Of a DNA stretch of 64,000 nt, positions 31,486-40,846 are shown in pieces. Position 1 is the first letter of the stretch. Every line of letters begins with the position of its first letter. Under the pieces are notes generated by a model, which saw nothing but the letters and a program-made list of their open reading frames with translations, had not been told where the DNA came from and did not search any database. The position numbers and the translations under genes are program-made. Source of the stretch: a bacterium (GTDB lineage: Bacteria; Desulfobacterota; Binatia; Binatales; Binataceae); the NCBI GenBank assembly GCA_014896235.1, contig JADBKU010000028.1, forward strand, positions 83,706 to 147,705, read 5' to 3'.

Positions 31486-33066
31486 GTGCGGAAAGCGGTG
31501 AGGACGGAGCGGCGATTTTTTCGAACCGACGCGATCGCGGCGATTGCGCTGGTCGTAATCTTTGCCGCTGGATGCGCTAAGGCGAAGCCGCGAACGCCGG
31601 CCGGTTATCTGCAAATCGACATCAACACTTCGCCCGCGAATCTCGATCCCCGAGTCGCCACCGACGCAATCTCGGCCCGCATCGGCGAGCTGGCGTATGA
31701 ATCGCTCGTCCGGATCGATCGTGACGGAGCCTTCGTCGGCGATCTTGCCGAAAAAATCGAACGGCCCGCGCCGAACACAATCATCTTTCATTTGCGCCGT
31801 GGAGTGCGCTTCAGCGACGGCCGTCCGCTCGACGCGCGCGACGTTCTTTACACCTATGAATCCCTGCTTGACCCGAACAATCATTCGGTCAAACGCGCCG
31901 GAATGTCTGAACTGGCCGCGATCGACGCGATCGACCGATACACCGTCCGGATGACCACGCGGCGGCCTTACGCCGCCGCGCTGGGGATGGCGCTGCTCGG
32001 AATCGTGCCGCGCGGAACGCCGCTCGACGCGCGCGACGCGATCGTCGCGCCGCCCGGCAGCGGCCCGTTCAAAGTCGTCGCCTTTGAACGCGACGAAGCG
32101 GTCACGCTCGCGCGCAATCCTTACTATCCAGCGCCCTCCGGCGCGCTCGGCGGCATCGTGATGAAAGTGGTTCCCGACGCGACCGTCCGTGCGCTGGAGC
32201 TGACCGAGGGCATTTGCGGATTCGCGGAAAACGATGCGATTCAGCCTGAACTCATCTCATATCTCTCGCGCCAACCCCGGCTCCGCCTAATCCGCTCGAA
32301 CGGAACGACGTATCAATACCTCATTTTCAATTTCCGCGATCCGCGCCTGCGCGATCCGCGCGTCCGCCGCGCGATCGCCTACGGAATCGATCGGCAGGCT
32401 ATCGTCGCAGCTCTTCTGCGCGGCAATGCGCGCCTGGCGACCGGAATGCTCGCTCCGGAAAACTGGGCCTACAATGGCGATGTTCCGCGCTATCCTTACG
32501 ACCCAGCCAAAGCGCGCGCCCTGCTCGAATCCGCGGGCTATACGCGCGCGCGCCCGCTGCGTCTGATCTACAAGACGACGCCCGAGGGCCGGCGGCTCGC
32601 GGAGGCGATTCAGGCGATGCTGCGCCAGGTGGGCGTGGCGATCGAAATTCGCACCAACGAGTTTGCGACCTTTTACAGCGATCTGCGCTCGGGCAATTTC
32701 GATCTCGCGGCCAGTCAGTGGGTGGGCGTCGCCGATCCGCATCAGTACTACCTCATTTTCGATTCGCGGATGACTCCGCAGGGCGGCGGCAACAATCGCG
32801 GCGATTACGCCAATCCGGAGATGGATCGCCTGCTGGAAGCAGGTGACGCCGAGCTTGATCCCGCCGCGCGGCGCGCGATTTATGCGCGGGTCCAGCAAAT
32901 CGCCGCGGCCGACCTGCCATACGTATCGCTTTGGTGGATCGACAACGTCGCTGTAATCGATCGCCGCCTCGGCGGTTTCGAGCCGTTTCCCAATGGCAGT
33001 CTGCTTTCGCTTGGCGCCGCGCGATGGCTTTCGCCGGCGGCGGCCTCCGGCGCAGCACGTCCGTGA
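31486..33066 (+). CDS. ABC transporter substrate-binding lipoprotein (family 5, peptide/nickel/opine type)
   Basis: Lipobox (FAAGC). SBP_bac_5-like length and motifs. Confidence 0.7.
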   Translation: MRKAVRTERRFFRTDAIAAIALVVIFAAGCAKAKPRTPAGYLQIDINTSPANLDPRVATDAISARIGELAYESLVRIDRDGAFVGDLAEKIERPAPNTIIFHLRRGVRFSDGRPLDARDVLYTYESLLDPNNHSVKRAGMSELAAIDAIDRYTVRMTTRRPYAAALGMALLGIVPRGTPLDARDAIVAPPGSGPFKVVAFERDEAVTLARNPYYPAPSGALGGIVMKVVPDATVRALELTEGICGFAENDAIQPELISYLSRQPRLRLIRSNGTTYQYLIFNFRDPRLRDPRVRRAIAYGIDRQAIVAALLRGNARLATGMLAPENWAYNGDVPRYPYDPAKARALLESAGYTRARPLRLIYKTTPEGRRLAEAIQAMLRQVGVAIEIRTNEFATFYSDLRSGNFDLAASQWVGVADPHQYYLIFDSRMTPQGGGNNRGDYANPEMDRLLEAGDAELDPAARRAIYARVQQIAAADLPYVSLWWIDNVAVIDRRLGGFEPFPNGSLLSLGAARWLSPAAASGAARP

Positions 33067-33986
33067 TTCGCTACTTCATCCGCCGTTTGGCTGCGCTGGT
33101 TCCGGTGGCGTTCGGCGTCGTCACGCTCACTTTCGCTCTGGTCCATCTGGTTCCCGGCGACCCGGTGGTCGCGATGCTTGGCGATTACGCCGCTCCCGCC
33201 GACGTTCAGGCGTTGCGCCACGAGCTTGGCCTCGACCGTCCGTTATGGCGACAATATGTCGCATTTCTCTACGATTTGGCGCATGGCGATTTGGGCGAAT
33301 CGATCTCGCAACGCGAACCGGTGTCGCGGCTGATTCGCGAACGCTATCCGGCGACCGTTGAGTTGGCAGTCGCGGGACTCGCCGCCGCGATCTTGATCGC
33401 GTTTCCGCTCGGACTGATCGCCGGCGCCGACCCGGGCGGCCCTGCCGATATGGGCGCGATGGGTTTTGCGATTTTAGGCATCTCCGTACCGCATCTTTAT
33501 CTCGGCCCGTTGCTGATGATCGTATTTTCGCTCGACCTCGGATGGCTGCCGCTGACCGGCCGCGGCGGTCTCTCCCATCTGGTTCTGCCGGCGCTGACGC
33601 TCGGCGCGGCGCTGGCCGCGATTCTGGCGCGGATGCTGCGGCAGAGCCTGATCGAAGTTTCGGATTCGGATTACATGCGCACGGCCCGCGCCAAAGGCCT
33701 CAGCCGGCCGCGCGCGCTCATCGTCCATGGCTTGCGCAACGCGCTCACTCCGGTGGTTACGCTCCTCGGCCTTGAAGCCGGCGCGCTGCTTACGGGGTCG
33801 ATAGTTACAGAAATAATTTTTTCGTGGCCGGGCCTCGGCCGGCTGATGATCGCCGCGATCAACAATCGCGATTACCCGCTGGTGCAAGGATGCGTGCTGG
33901 TCTTTGCGCTCAGTTATGTCGCGGTCAATCTCGCAACCGACCTGCTCTACAGCGCAATCGATCCGCGGGTGCGGCTCTCGCGATGA
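33063..33986 (+). CDS. ABC transporter permease (DppB/OppB-like)
   Basis: GTG start overlapping the SBP stop. Six TM helices. EAA-like loop (YMRTARAKGLSRPRALIVHGLRNAL). Confidence 0.7.
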   Translation: MIRYFIRRLAALVPVAFGVVTLTFALVHLVPGDPVVAMLGDYAAPADVQALRHELGLDRPLWRQYVAFLYDLAHGDLGESISQREPVSRLIRERYPATVELAVAGLAAAILIAFPLGLIAGADPGGPADMGAMGFAILGISVPHLYLGPLLMIVFSLDLGWLPLTGRGGLSHLVLPALTLGAALAAILARMLRQSLIEVSDSDYMRTARAKGLSRPRALIVHGLRNALTPVVTLLGLEAGALLTGSIVTEIIFSWPGLGRLMIAAINNRDYPLVQGCVLVFALSYVAVNLATDLLYSAIDPRVRLSR

Positions 33987-34792
33987 CGGCGCGGCGCAAT
34001 CCTGCCCTTGTCGCCGGCGGCGCGATCGTCGCGGCGCTGACGGCGGTCGCGCTGTTGGGGCCGGTTGTGGACCGAACCGACCCGCTGGCGATCAATCTTT
34101 CGCTGGCGCTGGCCGGCCCCAGCCCGGGCCATCCGCTCGGATGCGATTCGCTCGGTCGCGATATCCTCGCGCGTATCCTGGCTGGCGCGCGGGTGTCGTT
34201 GGGCGTTTCGATCGTCGTCGTGGCGCTGTCGCTGGCGATCGGCGCGATCGTAGGGGGCGCCGCGGCGTTGGCCGGCGGACGCATCGACGGCGCCATTATG
34301 CGGACGGTCGATATCGTGCTCGCATTTCCCGGAATCCTGCTTGCGATCGCGCTTGCGGCGATCCTCGGCCCCGGCCTGCTCGATCTCGTAATCGCGCTCG
34401 GCGCGATCGGATGGACCGGCTATGCGCGGCTGGTGCGCGGCGAAGTTTTATCGCTGCGCGAACGCGAATATGTCGAAGCAGCGCGCGCGCTCGGCGCGCG
34501 TCCAGGCCGCCTGCTGTTTCGCCATCTATTGCCGGGCGTCGCGGGGCCGCTTGCGGTTCAGGCGACTTTTGGCGTGGGCGGACTGATTATCGCGGAGGCG
34601 GCGCTTTCATTCCTCGGGCTGGGCGTGCCGCCGCCCGCGCCAAGCTGGGGCAACATGCTCGATACCGGCCGCGCGTTCATCCTTGTCGCGCCGCATCTCA
34701 CCACCGCGCCCGGCGTCGCGATAGGATTGTCCGTGCTTGGCTTCAACCTGCTGGGCGACGGGCTTGCCCAGCGCTTCGGCCGGCGGCGTTAG
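33983..34792 (+). CDS. ABC transporter permease (DppC/OppC-like)
   Basis: ATGA overlap with the previous permease. EAA loop (EYVEAARALGARPGRLLFRHLLP). Confidence 0.7.
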   Translation: MTARRNPALVAGGAIVAALTAVALLGPVVDRTDPLAINLSLALAGPSPGHPLGCDSLGRDILARILAGARVSLGVSIVVVALSLAIGAIVGGAAALAGGRIDGAIMRTVDIVLAFPGILLAIALAAILGPGLLDLVIALGAIGWTGYARLVRGEVLSLREREYVEAARALGARPGRLLFRHLLPGVAGPLAVQATFGVGGLIIAEAALSFLGLGVPPPAPSWGNMLDTGRAFILVAPHLTTAPGVAIGLSVLGFNLLGDGLAQRFGRRR

Positions 34793-34795
34793 CGG

Positions 34796-35830
34796 CTATG
34801 CGCCCTTTTTCAATCGCGCAAGACTTTTCGCGTAGGAAGGACGGGAGACGCCGCGCTCGGTGATGATTGCCGTCACCAGCTCGGCCGGGGTCACGTCGAA
34901 AGCCGGGTTGAACACGCCGACGCCTTTGGGCGTCACCGCTTTGCCCGCGAATTCGGCGATCTCCCGCGGCGAACGCTCCTCGATCGGGATTTGCTCGCCG
35001 CTGGGGCAAGCGAGGTCGATCGAAGAAAGCGGCGCGGCGACGTAAAACGGCACGCGATGGCGCCGCGCCATGACCGCCAGCGGGTAAGTGCCGATTTTGT
35101 TCGCGACATCGCCGTTGGCCGCGATCCGATCGGCGCCGACAATCACGCAATCGATTCGGCCGCTCCGCAGCACCGTGCCGGCCATGTTGTCGGCGATAAC
35201 CGTTACCGGAATCCGATCCTTGCGCAATTCCCAGGCGGTCAGCCGCGCTCCCTGCAGAAACGGCCGCGTTTCGTCGGCATAGACGGCGACGCGCTTGCCC
35301 GCCTCGCGCGCGGCCCGCACCACGCCGAGCGCGGTTCCGTATCCCGCCGTCGCCAGCGCGCCGGCATTGCAATGGGTCAGGACGGTGGCTTCGGCGCCAA
35401 GCAGTTCCGCGCCGAATTTTCCCAGCGCGCGGTTCGCCGCGAGATCGGCGTCATAAATCGCCATCGCTTCATCGCGCAGACGGCGAAAAAGGCGCGGCGC
35501 ATCAAGCGTAAGATTCTCGCGCAACGCGCGTTCCATCCGCTCCAGCGCCCAAGCCAGATTCACCGCGGTGGGCCGCGTGGCGCGCAGCGTTTTCGCCACC
35601 TGCGCGAAGCGGGTTTCGGCGCGCTTGCCGGCGTAACCCTTCATGCCCAGCGCGACGCCCATCGCCGCCGCGACGCCGATCGCCGGCGCGCCGCGAATCA
35701 CCATCGTACGAATCGCCTGCGCGACGCCGCGATAATCATCGTACGCACGGACGATTTCTTTGCCGGGCAACAGCCGCTGATCGATCATGAAGACGCGATC
35801 GCCGCGCCATTCGATAGTCTTTACCGCCAA
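34796..35830 (-). CDS. mtnA: S-methyl-5-thioribose-1-phosphate isomerase (eIF-2B alpha/beta/delta family)
   Basis: N-terminus IEWRGDRVFMIDQRLLP and VIRGAPAIGVAAA, TRPFLQGARLTAWEL, C-terminal VGADRIAANGDVANKIGT. Confidence 0.7.
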   Translation of the reverse strand: MAVKTIEWRGDRVFMIDQRLLPGKEIVRAYDDYRGVAQAIRTMVIRGAPAIGVAAAMGVALGMKGYAGKRAETRFAQVAKTLRATRPTAVNLAWALERMERALRENLTLDAPRLFRRLRDEAMAIYDADLAANRALGKFGAELLGAEATVLTHCNAGALATAGYGTALGVVRAAREAGKRVAVYADETRPFLQGARLTAWELRKDRIPVTVIADNMAGTVLRSGRIDCVIVGADRIAANGDVANKIGTYPLAVMARRHRVPFYVAAPLSSIDLACPSGEQIPIEERSPREIAEFAGKAVTPKGVGVFNPAFDVTPAELVTAIITERGVSRPSYAKSLARLKKGA

Positions 35831-35989
35831 TGGAATCGGAGCTCTCTAAAATCGAATCGGATTGAATAATCCGCGCCGACCGCGCCGCGCGGCCGCACTG
35901 AATATACGATGAGCGGCGCGGAATCCGATCGTCCGCGCCGCTCCATCCCGGCTCTCATCGCCCAAGCGCAGAATGACTGGATTATCGAA

Positions 35990-36418
35990 TCAGACGCGCT
36001 CGTATAATCCGCGATCCTTGCGCTTCACCATGCCAGCGTCGATCCATCGCGTGATCGCCGCGAAAATTTCCGACGGGCGCTTGTCTTTCACCCCGCGGAT
36101 TTCACGAATCTGCGCCGCCTTGAATTGTTTGGGAAGCTGCTCGAGAATCGCGCGCCAGTCGATTCGGCCGCGGCCCACGCCGCCGCGGCGCGGCGCTCCG
36201 CCGGCGCCATGGCCCTTGGCCGGAGCGCTTCCGGTCAGACGGCTGAGACTCATCTCCTCGTCTTTCAGACGAAGCAATTCCGCCTCTTTCGCGCGTATTT
36301 CCTTTCTCAGGTTCGACAGCAGGTTGCGCGCCTGATCCTGAACCTGGCGAAATGCTGAAGCGACTCCGTCTGCATTTTTTCGTGCGGGCATTAAGTAATC
36401 TCCTTTAATCTCTTCCAA
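35990..36418 (-). CDS. Hypothetical protein
   Basis: 142-aa ORF, basic and coiled-coil-like, no recognisable domain. Confidence 0.3.
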   Translation of the reverse strand: MEEIKGDYLMPARKNADGVASAFRQVQDQARNLLSNLRKEIRAKEAELLRLKDEEMSLSRLTGSAPAKGHGAGGAPRRGGVGRGRIDWRAILEQLPKQFKAAQIREIRGVKDKRPSEIFAAITRWIDAGMVKRKDRGLYERV

Positions 36419-37346
36419 AAATTGAAGAACTAGCCATACACGCTACCCATATAACTCCGCAAAGACAAGTATCCGCGATCGAGTTTACCATTCGCGGCGC
36501 CTGATTCAGCGCGGCGCCTCCGCACAAATGAATATACGCCGTATTTCCGCGAAAAGGCTCTATCCAACTTTCACGCAGACCGCCATCAATTTGTTCAACA
36601 CCGAACCGATTGGCGAGGAAGTCATACTCACGATCGCAGCTTGCCATCGCGCGCGAATACCGAGTCCGGCATCCTGCCCGGCGGACTGTGTTGCGTAAAT
36701 TCAACCGAGCCGCGCCGGATTGATTCTCTCTTGCCGGATAACGTAATCGCATCTACAAACTGGAGACTTCGAGACCCATAGCCAGAACCGATCGGCGGCA
36801 TGGAAGAACGGAAAAAAGTCCACTGATGAGAATTGTACGCTGTGGCGTTTTGGAATAGGCCGAATTGATGAATAGTATTTCCGGCGCGGGAAATGGCAAG
36901 GAATAGATGGCTATCTGGGGCAATTTGATGAAACTTGGAGCAGTTGGACACAACCAAGCTCTTCGAACCACATCATTCCGCGCGTCGTGCAGGTACTCCT
37001 TTCGAGAGGCGGGAGCCCGTGCTGATCGAACTCGCTTTGCAATCGTTGGCGGATGTCGCGCAGCTTGGCGCGATAAAGCAAACGGGTTTTGGATTTCGCC
37101 CGCTTTGTGACGCTCGTCGACCGTGACGGTCCGAACGGCCGACTTGGACCAGCTGGATAGTGAGTGTTGTTACATGAAGCCTAGTACCCCAGTGCTATGT
37201 TTCCGTTGTCAGCGATGCTATAAGAAACGGTGAGCTGAGGTTCGATGCCGCAAATGAATCGGCATGCGTGAAGGAATTCAGGCTCGACGGCGAAGCTGAT
37301 TGTTTTTGCGATGAGCTGGTTGAGCGGCGCGATTCAGGGCGTTCAG

Positions 37347-37364
37347 AACCTCCCGGGAGAGGTT
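37347..37364 (+). promoter_or_regulatory. GC-rich hairpin (AACCTCCCGGGAGAGGTT) enclosing the Shine-Dalgarno of the RRM gene, a candidate RBS-occluding RNA structure
   Basis: Near-perfect palindrome 2 nt upstream of ATG 37366. The GGGAGAGG SD lies inside the 3' arm. Confidence 0.3.
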
Positions 37365-37365
37365 C

Positions 37366-37653
37366 ATGGGCCGTAGATTGTATGTTGGAAATCTCGCTTG
37401 GACGGTAACCGATCAAGACCTGCACGACGTGTTCTCAGAGGCCGGTAAGGTCGAGAACTCGCAGGTGATAATGGATCGGGCGACAAACCGATCGCGTGGC
37501 TTTGGCTTCGTCGAGATGGCCAATGACGAGGATGCCGACAACGCGATCAAAAAGCTCAACGGACGCGAAATCAAAGGCCGCTCAATAAAGGTAAACGAAG
37601 CGCAAGCCCGCACTGGCGGAGGCGGCGGCGCGCCGCGCGGCCGTGATCGCTGA
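37366..37653 (+). CDS. RRM-type glycine-rich RNA-binding protein
   Basis: RNP2 (LYVGNL) and RNP1 (RGFGFVEM) motifs, Gly-rich tail. Confidence 0.8.
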   Translation: MGRRLYVGNLAWTVTDQDLHDVFSEAGKVENSQVIMDRATNRSRGFGFVEMANDEDADNAIKKLNGREIKGRSIKVNEAQARTGGGGGAPRGRDR

Positions 37654-38059
37654 ACGCCGATCCTCTTAGAACCACTCGCGCCTGACAAATTCGATGTCGT
37701 AAGGCAAGCCGCGTGCGTCGCCGACAATGTCTGCAGACGCGCAGTCCGCTTTAATCGCCTTAATCGGCCATCCGCAGGCGCTCGACTGCGACCTCGATCT
37801 CTATTTTCGGCAGACGATCCGCAGCACAAACGCCCCCCATGAAAAAGGGCCGAACGAATCGCTCCGTCCGACCCTCCGCCAGCCGGGAAAAGGGGGGGCA
37901 AACCCCGGCTAGCGAAGCTAATTGTATTGTAGTTTAGATTAGTTGCAAGTCACTTTGTGATGAAAAGAAACGAAAATCACCATGCCTCCAATCTTTTGGC
38001 GCCAATTATGGCATCTTAGCACTTATAGAAGCTGTTTAACTCACCTATAATCCGCTTTT

Positions 38060-40393
38060 CTACCCAGCCGCGCTCGCCCGTTCCTCGACAGTCACATTTC
38101 GATTCTCAAATATCCTCCTGAGCAATCGCGGCGGCGACATCGGCAATTCAAACATTCTGACTCCAACCGCTTGGTAAATCGCATTCGCAACCGCCGCCAT
38201 CGGCGGCACGATTCCGACTTCTCCGACGCCGCGCACGCCGAGAGGATGATTGGGATTTGGCGTTTCAACGAGGATCGTATCGATCATTGGCAAATCCAGA
38301 CAGGTCGGCATCCGGTAATCGAGCAAGCCAAAATTCCTTAAAACGCCTTTTTGATCGTAAAAATATTCTTCGTTCAGCGCCCATCCGACGCCCTGCGCCA
38401 CGGCTCCTTGAAGCTGGCCTTCAACGTAATCGGGATGCAGTGCGCGTCCAACGTCCTGCGCAATAGTCGCTCGCAGAATCCTGACCTTCGCGGTGTCCGG
38501 ATCTACCTCGACGTCGACACAAACCGTTGCGAATGCGTTGCCTACGGCGCCTACCGCGCCGGCGTTAACCGTCGCCCGACCGACCACCGGACCACCGGTG
38601 CGAGCGAGACGCCCCGCGAGTTGCCGCAACGTAATGATTTGCCCATCGTCGGCAACCGACCGGAACACGCCGCCATCAAACTTAACTTCATGCGGCTTTT
38701 TGTCCCATAATTTCGCCGCTCGTACAGTTAATTGAGCGATAGCGTCCTGTGCCGCCTCAAAAACTGCCATCCCGGTCGCAAGCGCGGTACGGCTGCCGCC
38801 AGTGACGTCGGTCTGTCCGATCGAATCGGTGTCGCCCACCACCGGTCTTACGTCCTCGACCGCGACGCCCAGCACTTCAGCGACGATCATCGCCTGCGCC
38901 GCCCGCGTCCCGCCGATATCGACCGAACCGGTCACCACGCTGACGCTGCCGTCGCTATGGATGTTCACGATGGCGGAGGATTGCAGGCCGCCGTTGAACC
39001 AGAAGCCCGACGCGACGCCCCGGCCGCGATATGGACCAGCGAGGGGCGTCTGGTAATGCGCGCTCCGCCGCACCGCTTCGAGCGTCTCGGCAAACCCGAT
39101 TTTCTTGAACGGCGGCCCGGCGGGCATCGGCGTGCCCTCGTGCGCCGCGTTGCGCATCCGGAACTCTATTGGATCGATCCCGCACTTTTCGGCAAGCTCG
39201 TCCAGCACGCATTCGCAAGCGAAGGCCGATGCGGGCGATCCCGGCGCGCGATAGGCCGCGACCTTAGGCCGGTTTACGACGACGTCAAACGAGTCAATCC
39301 GAAGATTTTCGATTGCATACGGCGCCAGCGTGCACATCGCACCCGGCGCGAACGGCGAACCCGGAAATGCGCCCGCTTCGTAAGCCAGCCAGACCTCGGC
39401 CGCGGTGATTTTGCCGCCGCGCTGCGCGCCAATCTTCACCCTGGCTTTGGTTCCCGACGTTGGACCGGTGGCGCGCAGCACTTCCGCCCGGTTCATGACC
39501 ATCTTGACCGGCCGTCCCGAGAGCTTCGACAGCAGCGCCGCGACCGGCTCGAGGTAGATCGTGGTCTTTCCGCCGAAGCCGCCGCCGATTTCCGCCGGAA
39601 CGACGCGGATATTGCCTTCGGGAATCGCCAGCACGCTTGCGGTCAAGGTGCGTACGTTGAAAGCGCCCTGCGTCGAACAATAGATTGTCAAATGTCCGTC
39701 GGCGCTGTACACGGCCAAGGCGTTCTGCGGCTCGATATAGCCCTGATGGACCGCGGCGGTCGTGAATTCACGCTCAACTACAAAGTCGGCGGCGGCGAAT
39801 CCTGCCGCCAAATCCCCGCGCTCGAAACGGATGTGGCCGGGCACGTTGCTCGGACGGTCGGGCCCTTCGAGCGAGCCAGGGTCGGTGCGATGCGCCATCA
39901 GGCGGGTGCGCAATTCGTCGAGCAAAACCGGCGCGTCGGGACGCATCGCCTCCTCGGCCGTCATCACCGGCGGCAGCGGTTCGTAATCAACCTCGATCAG
40001 CTCAAGCGCCTCTTCAGCGACATGCTTGCTCACGGCGGCGACTGCAGCGACCGCATGGCCGTCATACAGCGCCTTTTCTCGCGCCATCACGTTGAGCGAG
40101 AGATAGTGCGTGTTGACGATCAGTTCGCCAACCTGCGCCATCACCCCCTTGACCTCGGGAAAATCGGCGCCGGTCACTATCGCCTTGACGCCCGGCAGAC
40201 GGCGCGCCCGCTCGACGTCGATCGATTTGATTCGCGCGTGCGCATACGGACTGCGCAGCACTTTGCCATGCAGCATTCCGGGCAGTGCGTAATCGGCGCC
40301 GTACTTCGCCCGTCCCGTGACTTTTTCAACGCCATCGGGACGGATCGGCCGCGTGCCTATAATCTTGAATTCCCGGGACTGATCAGTCGCCAT
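38060..40393 (-). CDS. Xanthine dehydrogenase/aldehyde oxidase/CODH family molybdopterin-binding large subunit (paralog 1)
   Basis: About 777 aa. Ald_Xan_dh_C and C2 domains, AAYRAPG active-site loop region. Start at MATDQS with AAGGGG SD. Confidence 0.75.
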   Translation of the reverse strand: MATDQSREFKIIGTRPIRPDGVEKVTGRAKYGADYALPGMLHGKVLRSPYAHARIKSIDVERARRLPGVKAIVTGADFPEVKGVMAQVGELIVNTHYLSLNVMAREKALYDGHAVAAVAAVSKHVAEEALELIEVDYEPLPPVMTAEEAMRPDAPVLLDELRTRLMAHRTDPGSLEGPDRPSNVPGHIRFERGDLAAGFAAADFVVEREFTTAAVHQGYIEPQNALAVYSADGHLTIYCSTQGAFNVRTLTASVLAIPEGNIRVVPAEIGGGFGGKTTIYLEPVAALLSKLSGRPVKMVMNRAEVLRATGPTSGTKARVKIGAQRGGKITAAEVWLAYEAGAFPGSPFAPGAMCTLAPYAIENLRIDSFDVVVNRPKVAAYRAPGSPASAFACECVLDELAEKCGIDPIEFRMRNAAHEGTPMPAGPPFKKIGFAETLEAVRRSAHYQTPLAGPYRGRGVASGFWFNGGLQSSAIVNIHSDGSVSVVTGSVDIGGTRAAQAMIVAEVLGVAVEDVRPVVGDTDSIGQTDVTGGSRTALATGMAVFEAAQDAIAQLTVRAAKLWDKKPHEVKFDGGVFRSVADDGQIITLRQLAGRLARTGGPVVGRATVNAGAVGAVGNAFATVCVDVEVDPDTAKVRILRATIAQDVGRALHPDYVEGQLQGAVAQGVGWALNEEYFYDQKGVLRNFGLLDYRMPTCLDLPMIDTILVETPNPNHPLGVRGVGEVGIVPPMAAVANAIYQAVGVRMFELPMSPPRLLRRIFENRNVTVEERASAAG

Positions 40394-40519
40394 TGGCTGG
40401 ACCCCTTTCAGTTCAGGCGCGCCCGGCCTCATACAGCCGGTCCTTATCTATCGCGAATTGTCAATTAATAGCGCCAGACGCGAAGCATCTACCAGCGCAA
40501 CGCGGCACGGTATTCGCGG

Positions 40520-40783
40520 TCAGCCGCCGCCGATCGCGGGAATGAAAAATATCTCGCTGTTCTCGCGAACCGGTTCGAGCACCCCGGCAGTGGCCATCTC
40601 GCCGTCGATCGACACCGCGACCGACGGCTTAAGCTCGTCGTCCTCGATCAGGTGCTCGCGCAAACCGGGAAATTGGCGCTCAAGGTCGGCGACCACCTGG
40701 CCGATATTGCGCCCGGCGACCGTCACTCGATCCTGACCGTTGGTCAGCTTGCGCAGTAAAGCGGGAACCACCACCGTCGCCAT
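40520..40783 (-). CDS. MoaD/ThiS-family ubiquitin-like sulfur-carrier protein (C-terminal GG)
   Basis: 87 aa ending FFIPAIGGG, beta-grasp-like pattern. Start at MATVVV. Confidence 0.5.
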   Translation of the reverse strand: MATVVVPALLRKLTNGQDRVTVAGRNIGQVVADLERQFPGLREHLIEDDELKPSVAVSIDGEMATAGVLEPVRENSEIFFIPAIGGG

Positions 40784-40846
40784 AATAGCAACGGGCCGGA
40801 CTCGGATGAGTCCGGCCCGCCTCCAGCGTTCCTGGGTTCGCACTCC

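Noticed and set aside
37066-37080. Sigma-54-like TGGCGC-N-AGCA element about 300 nt upstream of the RRM gene
   Set aside because: The GG to GC spacing is off by one from the -24/-12 consensus and no enhancer-binding protein is nearby. Too weak to call.
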